Below are positions 25,747-36,100 of a stretch of DNA of 64,000 nt, piece by piece. The stretch lies in NCBI GenBank assembly GCA_904063045.1, contig CAJFCJ010000002.1:806001-870000 (forward strand), written 5' to 3'. The notes beneath the pieces are model-generated. The model made no database searches, had not been told where the DNA came from, and saw only the letters and a program-made list of their open reading frames with translations. Position 1 is the first letter of the stretch, and each line of letters opens with the position of its first letter. The stretch is from Dimorphilus gyrociliatus. Its lineage: Eukaryota > Animalia > Annelida. Made by a program: the position numbers and the translations under genes.

Positions 25747-28004
25747 ATGGCGGACCGCGAATCACTCGTGGAGAAGTCTGAGAATGAAGGACGGGACTCT
25801 GTTGGTTCCGAAGCTGACGTTGAAGAAGAAAAATTACCAGAAGTAAAGTTAGTTTAAGGCTTTGTTGTAAACTTTTTTTGGATAGTGAATAGGCTGTTAT
25901 TTACGTCCAACAATTGTTTGTCGGCTAATTCTGTAATAAAATTCAATCAAATTATACTTAAGCAGTCTACGATTTCAAAATATCGGAATTTTAGCATTAA
26001 TATTTATTGGTCGTTCTAGAGCTTTACACGAATTAACATTTACCAAAAATCTCATGTTAACTAATTTTAAGTAAAAAAAAACGTGTAGGTCATTTTGAAC
26101 TCGAGCTATTCGATATTAAGAGATTAATGTCTATACTTATTAATTATACTAGCGCTCCAAAGAAAAAAACGAAAACGAAGAAGAAGAAGAAGAAACAGGT
26201 CGAAATAGCAACTACTAGTGACTCTGATGCTGCTCCTTCCCTAGCTGCTGACTCCCTCACCGAAAGAGACTTGAACTCTGAACAAATTTCAGGCGTTGGG
26301 GAGCTTTTGGATCGCTTAAACCTAGAAACTAACGCTCCTAAATCCATTGAGGATGCTCGAAAGAAAAATTATAAATTTTGGGGAACCCAACCAGTTCCAA
26401 AATTAAGTAATACAGTAAAAACACTTTTATGTAATACTTACATTCAATCCGTTTGTAGCTGAAAATACCAGGGGTAAAAATGCACCTATAGAACATGATA
26501 AAAGCGTTGAAGAAATTAGAGCAGAGCCATTAACACTTCCTGACGGTTTTATTTGGGATGATGTTGATATCAATGATGCAAATCAGGTATTGAGACAACA
26601 ATTTAAGTGTTCTGCCACCGTAGTTTTTCATCTATCAGTTAACAGAATTATATACTCTACTAAATGAAAATTATGTGGAGGATGATGACAATATGTTTAG
26701 GTTTGATTATTCCCCCGAATTTCTTCACTGGGCTCTTCTTCCACCTGAGTGGAGAAAGGATTGGCATGTTGGAGTTAGAGCGAGCAAAAGTAGAAAACTT
26801 TTAGGTTTTATTTCTGCAATACCTATTAGAATTAATATTTATGATAAGTACGTTCGGTTTAATAGCAATATGTGGAAAATAATTATATATTCGTAGGATT
26901 CAGAAAATGGTCGAAATAAATTTTTTATGTGTCCATAAGAAGTTACGAACCAAAAGAGTCGCACCCGTTCTCATACGCGAAATTACAAGACGAGTAAATA
27001 TAACTGGCCTCTTTCAAGCAGTCTACACAGCAGGAGTTGTTCTCCCTAAGCCAGTGTCTACTTGCAGGTAATTATATCCATATGGTGGGCATCTTGAAAT
27101 ATATAAAAAATGTGATCGTATTTCAATAGATATTGGCATAGATCCCTTAATCCTAAGAAATTGATAGAGGTGCGATTTTCTCATCTCAGTCGGAATATGA
27201 CCATGCAGCGCACTATTAGACTTTATCGGCTACCACAGGTTTGAATATATTTTTTTTAATTTTTAACAACTTCATGTTCGGCTTTTCATAGGAAACAAAG
27301 ACACGTGGATTTAGGGAATTAACTGAGGCAGACGTCAGAAATGCATTCACCTTACTACAAACAGTAAGCGGTCTTCAAACGAAGAAAATTTTAATTAGAG
27401 ATCTCTTTTACAGTATTTAAACACTTTCAATTTGTCGCCTCGATTCAACGCTGACGAGTTTAGGCATTGGTTTCTGCCACGAAAAGGAATTATAAATAGC
27501 TATGTGGTTGAGGTATTAAATAATTTGTCTATCAATTAAAATGTAAAGATGCCTTTTCATTTTGATTACAGCAAAATGGAAAGTTAACCGATTTTGTTAG
27601 CTTTTATACTCTCCCATCGACTGTTATGCAACATCCTAACCATAAGTCCTTGAAAGCAGCATATTCATTTTACAATGTCAGCACCGTTACGCCATGGGTA
27701 GATTTAATGCAAGATGCCCTTGTGACGGCCAAAAATGTGAGCATGTTGATTAAACTCTCCTTGTCATTGCTATACCTTAATTTATATAGATGGATTTTGA
27801 CGTTTTTAATGCCTTGGACCTTATGGAAAACAAAAAATTCTTAGAAGAATTAAAGTTCGGTGTGGGTGATGGAAATCTTCAATACTATTTATACAATTGG
27901 GCGTGTCCGGAAATGCGACCAGACGAAGTAAATTGATTTTATACCTATATAATACATATATGACAATCGCTATGAACTTTCAGGTTGGACTCGTCTTGCA
28001 GTGA
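25747..28004 (+). CDS. NMT1: Glycylpeptide N-tetradecanoyltransferase (N-myristoyltransferase), multi-exon
   Basis: Acidic first exon and poly-Lys tract ([13 protein letters not shown]), [31 protein letters not shown], signature [29 protein letters not shown], second signature [16 protein letters not shown], and the diagnostic C-terminus VGLVLQ* (stop 28002-28004). NMT1 vs NMT2 is a vertebrate distinction, so the symbol marks the family. Confidence 0.97.
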
Positions 28005-28324
28005 CAAGAAAGCGTCTTATTATGGTTGAAATTTTTTACTTATAGTTATTTCTCCGAACGTATGAATAAATTGTATGAAAATTCGACTAAATAACTAATT
28101 TGATTGTCTATTCAATAATTATTCAACAATACTTTTCCTTCAAAGCACTACATTCATTTATTCATTAATTGTAAACAAAATGTAGTCATTGTATTATATA
28201 AATTATAGTAAATATTTCAAAGTAGAAGACTTCTCAGAAAGAATGCTGCAGAAAGCTTTGACAACATGAATCAATGACAAATTAATAGAAACCATATTGA
28301 TGACTACAGAAATATTCTGAAATA

Positions 28325-28739
28325 TTACTCTCTCGCCATGGATTCGGCTTGAGCACTACCACCTTCGACTTCCTGGGCTTCCTGTACCAAAGAGCAGATA
28401 GCGCAAAACCAATGCATAACGCAATCATTAATGAACGAGCCCTGAAACAAAATATTTACTTAGTAGTCTCGTTGCTAAGATGCAATAGTTCCAAGCTATT
28501 GAAAACTATTGATGATTTTCCTATACCTCAATTCCCTTAGAATCTCTAATTTGACCTCGGATTTTAGCTCTTGACCAAATACCAATTGGTCCTAAAATTG
28601 ATAGACAGCCGTACAAGATACAACTTTCTCCGACTGCTTCAGCGTTCTTTCCAGCTGTCAAGCAGGGTACGAAATACGTAATGATACAAATTCCACAGTT
28701 GTCAAAACAACCAAACAGTCCGTGTTGAAATTCTCCCAT
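28325..28739 (-). CDS. PLAC8/cornifelin-family Cys-rich protein, 109 aa, 2 exons
   Basis: Exons 28739-28527 and 28441-28325 give MGEFQHGLFGCFDNCGICIITYFVPCLTAGKNAEAVGESC...RAKIRGQIRDSKGIEGSFINDCVMHWFCAICSLVQEAQEV, the PLAC8 pattern (GLFGCF, CxxxxFxPC, R..IR...GIEGS...DC...FC..C.L.QE). Confidence 0.93.
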
Positions 28740-28970
28740 TTTTAAAAGTAGTATTAAAAGTTTTTTCACAACCTGATCGAATGAAACGCGGCAGGCAAGT
28801 GGCGCGGGCTAACACTCGATGTTTTTACGTAGTGATAGGAGACCGTTGCTACGTTAAGTTGATTTGAGTTTTTCCTAAGCTTCCATGGCACCCACGATTA
28901 TCGACTCTAGAGACTGAAAGTGACGTCAGCGGTTTATGTAAATATATTTTTAAAATATTCCTGTAGTATA
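28740..28970. promoter_or_regulatory. Probable bidirectional promoter with X-box-like motif and CRE
   Basis: 231 bp between divergent ATGs. GCTTCCATGGCACC at 28879-28892 matches the palindromic RFX X-box GTTNCCATGGNAAC at 12/14; a perfect TGACGTCA lies at 28921-28928. Confidence 0.5.
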
Positions 28971-29738
28971 ATGGGGTTAATGCCTAGTTTTCCTTTTATC
29001 TATGAGCCAGTTTGTTTCGTCGAGGAGTCTTTCTTAGATTTAAACGGAAATTGGACAACAGAATTTATTCATTATCAAACTGTGAATATACCAAATGACA
29101 AAGAAGTTTATGAAAACGCCTTTAGGCACCCAAGAGATTGGGAAGAGAATGCCTGTGACTTATATCGAAAAATTTTGCCAGAACGGCAAAGAATTCAGAA
29201 TGCGCGTTTAAAGTTTCATGATTGCAGTGTTCAAGAAATGATACGAAAATGGCCTCAAACGACCTTAGATACTTTACTGGATTTACGATCTTTTTTTTTG
29301 TCCTTTGACGTAAATGGGGATTGTTTGATTGACTTTAAAGAATTTTGTATGGTATTAGACGAATTAGGAGATCGTACCCCGCTATGTTCAAGAAAGTCTT
29401 TTTTTAAGCAGAAAGACTCAGATAAGTCCGGTGCTCTTGACTTCGAAGAATTTTTAGAATTATTTTCAAGGTTCATGGAAGTTCCATCCACTTCAATAAC
29501 AAATAATAAGAAGTTAACCCTTTTAAAAAGTCATGGTCTCCTTTCGGAAGACTCTAATTCAGATTTACACACTTTTTCTGACATCAGTGATCCTCGGCAA
29601 GATGTTAATGTAACATATAGTAAATTAGAGGCCCAAACGACCATTGACTTGGAAAAATTGTGCGAGAAAGCCCGTGATGCTGCTCGTATCCTACGGCAGC
29701 TGAACGTAAAGCAGCAAATAATTCATGGCTTATTCTAA
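28971..29738 (+). CDS. Uncharacterised intronless protein with a pair of EF-hands, 255 aa
   Basis: Uninterrupted ORF from the first ATG (28971). EF loops DVNGDCLIDFKE and DSDKSGALDFEE sit in a helix-loop-helix context, with a unique N-terminal region and a C-terminus ending QQIIHGLF. Confidence 0.85.
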   Translation: MGLMPSFPFIYEPVCFVEESFLDLNGNWTTEFIHYQTVNIPNDKEVYENAFRHPRDWEENACDLYRKILPERQRIQNARLKFHDCSVQEMIRKWPQTTLDTLLDLRSFFLSFDVNGDCLIDFKEFCMVLDELGDRTPLCSRKSFFKQKDSDKSGALDFEEFLELFSRFMEVPSTSITNNKKLTLLKSHGLLSEDSNSDLHTFSDISDPRQDVNVTYSKLEAQTTIDLEKLCEKARDAARILRQLNVKQQIIHGLF

Positions 29739-30122
29739 AAATTCAAAGTATTATACGAGTTTATATATAGTAATTAAAGTTTATTAAGTAAAGATACAAG
29801 TTGAGCAACAATTTGCACCAAGTATCAAAAGTTAAATCTATAATTTAGCAAAATTATACATAAACTTTCATTCTTCATCACTTTTTCTCTTTGGTATACA
29901 TTTCTAAGTAAACAGCTACTTGGTCGATTTTTGAAAATATAAACAGAAAAGTTAAACATAACGTGCTCGAAATAAATTTTTAAAGCAAAACGAAACAATA
30001 GAATTAAAGAAATAAGTGCGCAAAAAATTTGAACAAAATTTACTGATAACCAAATATGTTCACAGCACACTGTACTGATATTTATGAACACTGTACGCAC
30101 TGAGTCAGTTTCTTGATATGAG

Positions 30123-33100
30123 TTACTTTGACATGTCGGGGGATTTTACTTTTCTATATTGATCACTTGAGACTGGTCGAGAAACAGCTCCCTTTGATGT
30201 TTTTGGGGTACTAGTATGTAAGGGTGATGCCGATTGCTTTGGTGACGGAGTTGACGGATTTCGACTCCTAGTGGCTGACGGTGTACGTCTTTTAGTAGAA
30301 CTTGTCGGCGTTGTTACTATTCCCCGTTCAGATTGCGTTGCCGGTAAATTTACCGTCCTTGTCTTTGTGTGATGTGTCTGATATGTTACTGTACTCGTGG
30401 TTCTACCACCAGCATGCGTGGTATCTTTTCTATAAGTTGTGTAAACTTCTGGTTCTGACAAGTCTGATCCCTCGCTAGCTCGAGACGATGCTCTTGAGGA
30501 AGCTCGTGAAGCAGTTCTTGTGGGGATCTTCAAGCGACTGGGAGTTGACCCAGGCTTTGACATAATTTGGCGAACTTCTGTGTCTGGGCTAATCCTGGAT
30601 TTTTGAGGAGTTTGCCTCCATGGTGTGCCATATTGTGTTTTTTCTCGAATCTATTAAATGGTAATAATAATCTTTATTCATTTGAAAGCTAGAGACTAAC
30701 AGCAGTTCACCTGAACCCAAAATGTACTAAGAAATATTAATAATTTTTTGGATAGGAATGAGTCGATGATTACAACAAGGCATAACAGCACTAAACACAA
30801 ATCCACAACATTACATAGCGCAGAAATCGCTATTTTAGACAATGACTGCATATTTGCTTCTAACCGTTTCTTTTGAATATAATGAATAGTGTTTTACATA
30901 AATGGCGAAACAAAAATAAATTTTTAATGCGCTGGGGGGTTTTTTGTTAGAAAATTTTGGTTTGTTAGCAATATTCGGAAAAAATTACTTAGTAAGCAAA
31001 TAATGCGAATAACAGTACCAGGATACGACATGCTGTGACTTGCATAGCGGCTAAGTCGCACAACGGTAAACGACACCCTCAATTAAATATTATTCTCGCT
31101 AGTCAGGGTGTTGAACATGTGGCGAGCAAAAATCGATATAATATAATATTTTTAAAACGGGATTTTTAAAGTAGCGTCTGTATCAAACTAAATAAACAAC
31201 AAGGGGTATTTTCAATTCTATACCTCTGACCAGTTGACATGACGAACTGGTATTCGACTGTGATATTTTTGCTGACACTAAATGTGGTTAATATAAATAC
31301 TCATTTGCTTAACAGTAGGGAATTTTGACTGAAAAAAAACTATTGTACCTTTATTATTGGTCCTGAAGCAGTAGACGTTGATTTACTACTCCAGGTCGAC
31401 GTTGAACCAACAGATGGTGCAGAATGACCAGAATGGGTTAAAGGACTCTTGGACTTGAATGGTGCCATGGATTGAGCCACTCCTGTGGCTAAGATAAACC
31501 TCTCTCGTAATTCAACATTTGTACGACCCTTTGCTGTTAGGAAGAATAAATATAGTTAAAATTCTATTTTAAATCTAAGAGACCATTTCACTTTCACGAC
31601 ATGCTTAAACAAGGATTTTCAAGACGACAAAAAGAGCAAATATCATGCTTTCAAAATAAGTTTTCGGTCTGTTGCACTCATATTAATCTCTTTTACTATA
31701 GACTAAAATAATTCTATTTTTTTCGTCTAGAAAAGTTCATATCAAAACCTATAATAACGGGTAATGGTTTGCTAAATGTTAATATAAATAATGATGCCAA
31801 TGCACTTATTTGGCTTTTAGGCTTTTTACCCCAAATCTTTTGCTTCCGAAGTAATTTTCTTTTAAAAATCAGTCTTCTTCGCCTTAGTAGTGCAGCTGTT
31901 TTATTTTACACAACAAATAAAGAAACAACAACTAAAGAATAAAATAATATCATAAACAGTAAACTGTCCCAACTAAATAAATATCCCGAAATGAGACAAC
32001 GAAAATACGCCTTAATATTATTCTACCTTGTTGTCTGTGTTTTCTATGAGGACATGTATTTGATAATACATAATCATATTTGGTTAAAAAGTTACCAAAA
32101 TCCGTATCTGATTAGGCAAGTTTGTAAAATATTGAAAAAGGTGTGTTGAAATCGAAAGTATTTTATAAAGTATATCGGAATATTTTAATATCAATTTTGT
32201 TTTTTTTTACCTCTACAAGGATCATTTTTCACAAGAAATTCGTCGAGAGCAACCCATCCTCCTCCAACTCTCACCATTACTGTTGAGCGTAGTATTCTTA
32301 CAAGTCGTAGCTTTTGAGATTCTCCAAACTGTATGAAAGAATATCACTTTTCCTTAGATATTTATTTATTACTTGAAAGTAAATCTAACCCTATATTTCC
32401 CTTCACCGATTTTATGAATTCGGTATTGTCTTGAACATGTGCATCTGTTTGCTTGCTTTCTCACTTCGTCTTGAATTCTTTCTCCTTCAGAGAGACGTTG
32501 TCTCTGTTTATAAATGTATTAGAAATTGTCTATTATCTTTAAAAAACAATATTTACATCTTTTTCCGGTTTAAGTGCATTGACAAATTCTTTATAGTCGA
32601 TGAAACCGTCTTTGTTTGTATCAAAGACGTCAGCGACAGCCTCCATCTCAAGACGACTGGTAGGAAAATCTGAAAATGGTAAAAAGTTACTTTCTTTTTG
32701 TATTTTTGGGAAATAAAGAAATGGACAAACGAAGAAACAAATAGGGTGGGGTATAAAAAGTGCGAACAATATTTCCTATACAAGCGATTGAAAGAAATAG
32801 TTCAACTCCGAGCATGCATTTTTTACCTTTACGCGCCCAATTAGCCATACGACCTAAGAATAATACATTAATATTTTTAAAAATGACCGTCACCCAAGTT
32901 TACCAGCGTAGAGAAATAATAGTTAGTGCCTTGTTAATATATATATATATATATTTATATGTTGATTTATGCAAACTTACTCGAACTTATGACTCCTTCG
33001 ATAAATTCATCTCTTGTAATTTTTCCATCTCGATCTTTGTCTTGCCTCCTAAATAAGTCCATTACTCTGGCTTTATTATGATTCATCCAATCCATATATC

Positions 33101-36100
33101 TTTGTCTCCAATCGTCAAAGCTGAAATTTTGCATACGATCTAGTTCCTTTTGCTGTTGCAAAGCATCTAGCAATTCCTGCTTCCTATTCATGGCCATAAG
33201 CCATACAGACCTCCATGTGTTGAATAATTCTGCCGCTCTAGGATCAGTGAAATCAGCTGGTTCAGGTGTCCTATCACGTTTTTGTCGAAATCCTCGACCA
33301 GCTGGAGTCCTTATTGCTGATGGAGGCGGTTTCTTATATTTTTTGGTAACTCTATCTACTAAGGGTCTTCTAGCAGAAATATCATCTTCCATGGTTTCAT
33401 GGGCATGCAGTAGTTGTTCCAATATTGGTTCATTATTGGCTAATGGCTCACTTTCAAGCTTTAGAAGTTCTCCATAAGTTTCCACAAGCCATCCCTGTAG
33501 CTCGGCCATTTGATCATTTGTTTCTTTCGCTTCATTCAAAGCAGAGGTCAGCTTTTGAAGCCTGGATTCAGCCGCATCTTTTAGTTCTTTCCATCGATTA
33601 TCCAGAACCCGCAAGTGATTTTTGAGAGTTGGTTTTGCATCATCGTGAGCTTTCTTTTCAATTTCTTTACCAAGTTGAACCACGCTGTCAAATTCAGGTT
33701 GTTTTTGGTCGATTGTATTCATTAATTTATTGTGCGTATCCAATTGTTTATTTAGAGACTGAATGTCTTCCGGTACATTGCCGTGATATTGACAACGTTG
33801 AATAGCATCAGTTAACCATCTCGTTAGCTCATAACTTCGCCTCTGAAGATCATCAGCGTCAAATTTGGCTTTGGCCAAATTCTTTCGACGATCTGCACTT
33901 AATTTTGACACGACGTCCCATTTGTTATTAAGTTCCAACAGATCATTCTCTAACTTTGCAGCGTCGCTCGCATCTGCTTTACTAATAGCATCTTGCACAC
34001 GACCTACTGTAGTGTCCAGTAAAAGATGTTTTGATGACAGTTCTTGTTCAAATGTTTCATGCTTTGTTAATAAGCTACGGACAGTATCGATATCGCCATC
34101 GACAGCAAGAGTATCACTTAGCCTATCAAGAGATGTGTCCAACCAATCATTTAATTCATTTATAGCTCTAGTTAAATCTCCTGCATCGATCAAAGCGCTA
34201 TCAAGCTTTTGTTGTTTTCTTTCTTTTTGTTCACTGAGCATTTTCCATTTATCAGATAAATTCTTTAACATGTTATGCAATATTTTTTCATCAGAACTTT
34301 CTGGCTCCGATTCATTTTTTAGTTGATGTCCTAATCTAATTATTTTATCATATTGAGGTTGTTTAGCATTTATAGTTTGCGCCCAGTTTTTATGTTTTTG
34401 CAATTGTTCTGCAATTTTTTGAGGATCTTTGCTAATTTGGTGAGTTGAAGTAAGAGATTCAAGTTGTTCTTCCAACCAGCCAACTAGTTCTTTTTCTCCT
34501 TCATCAAATTGTCTTGCACTTCGGTGAACATTATCAATTGCCCTTGTACGTTCTGCTGCTTTTGTTAACAGTTTTTGCCACCTTTTGCCTGTGTCTTCTA
34601 TGACATTTCGAATGAGCGGTTCATCTGGATGATTTTTTGAACTGGACATAAGTTTCATTGCTAAGTTTTCCAAATGATGTTGATCGTCACGTTTAGCAGA
34701 TATATCTCTTTGGTACTCTTGATGAGCCTTTGCTTGTTCAATTACTCTTGGAAGAACTCGTGAAACAAGTTCAGCTTTGCCAAGTTTTCTTTCCGCATTC
34801 GTTAACCAGTCGATAAACGATTTAAGCTCACTATGGAAATTTGCTGCTTCATTTGCAGCTTCTTCCAATTTTTGTTTCTTCCTAGCTGCAGAAAGTTTTA
34901 TGTTATCCCATCGGGATTTTATTTCTTCAAGAGGTTTTTGTACTCTTGGAACTAAACGTTCCGGCATCTTAGCAATAAGTTCATCTCCTTCCATTTCAAG
35001 CTGTTCAACCCTTGGTGAAAGTTGATCAATCTTTAATTCAACATTCGTGACGAAAGATTCCAACTTATCGTGTGTAGAATCTGGAAGGGCTCCGACACTC
35101 ACAGCAGTGGTCATATAAGCATCTAGTTCTCCCAATTCTATCTGAACCTGGTTCATGTTCTCGTGAAAATTCTTCGCTTCCTCAAATGCATTCATCAGCT
35201 GAGTTTGTTTACGATAGAGCTTGTCGGATACTCTTGGCCAAGCTTCTCTTAATTTCATAATTTGTTGTCTTGTTTTTGAATGTTCTCCGTCTGCACTAGC
35301 AATAACATCGTGAGCAGCACTCATGATATTTTCGTACGAATGTTGATGACTTTCTAAGTCCGATGATAAATATTTTAATTTTCCAAGTTCGGCTTCTACA
35401 ACAGTTAGATCCCCTCTAACTTCCTCACTAGAGTCGATTTTGTCTTCCATTTTACTTAACCAATTTAAAAATTCACTAAGAGTGGCTTGGAGTTGACCAA
35501 GACTGAGTAGAGCATCGCTTAAGTTTTGTCGTCTGTCTTTAATTTTGGAGCAAAGGTTTTCAAATTGAACTACCAAGTCCCTTAGTGGATCTTTAATTAC
35601 TTGACCTTCTGAAACCGATCGCCCTTCGCACAACTGCTTTCCTTGAGCTACTAAACGATCTATTTGTTCTTGTTGCGGTTCCAATTCTTTAACAATACCA
35701 CTTAGTAAGTCAAGTTGTGTATTGATTTTGTCAGTATCAGTTGCTATTGGGCCTTGCTTTCGAAGCTCTTCTTCAATACCTTTTTGCCAATCGAGCATAG
35801 CTGTCAAATCATCCCAAAACAAAGTGGTTTTTCTTAGGGCGTCGTCTAATTGTTTTTGCCTATCGGCCCATGCTTTGTTCAGATTTTTCCATTGAAAGTC
35901 AACATCTTGAATGTTTGCATGTACTTCAGGTTTATTGGGTTGTCCAACAAGCTCCAATAGCTGATCTCCTTCATCTTTAACATTATCTAAAACAGAAGCA
36001 ACTGCTTGAAGTTGCGGTTTCAATCTTTCGAATTCTTCTTGCTGCATCTGAACTTCTTGTGGATCCAGTGCTGGTTGTTTCTCAATGTCCAACTTCCTTT

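Noticed and set aside
30690-31190. Possible alternative terminal exons in the last spectraplakin intron ([18 protein letters not shown])
   Set aside because: They need very short introns or weak acceptors and have no independent support; chance in AT-rich sequence is likely.
32027-32043. 17-nt microexon candidate (CATAG|AAAACACAGACAACAAG|GTAGAA) after the GAS2 exon
   Set aside because: It is not frame-preserving (phase 1 to 0) and I found no compensating partner exon.
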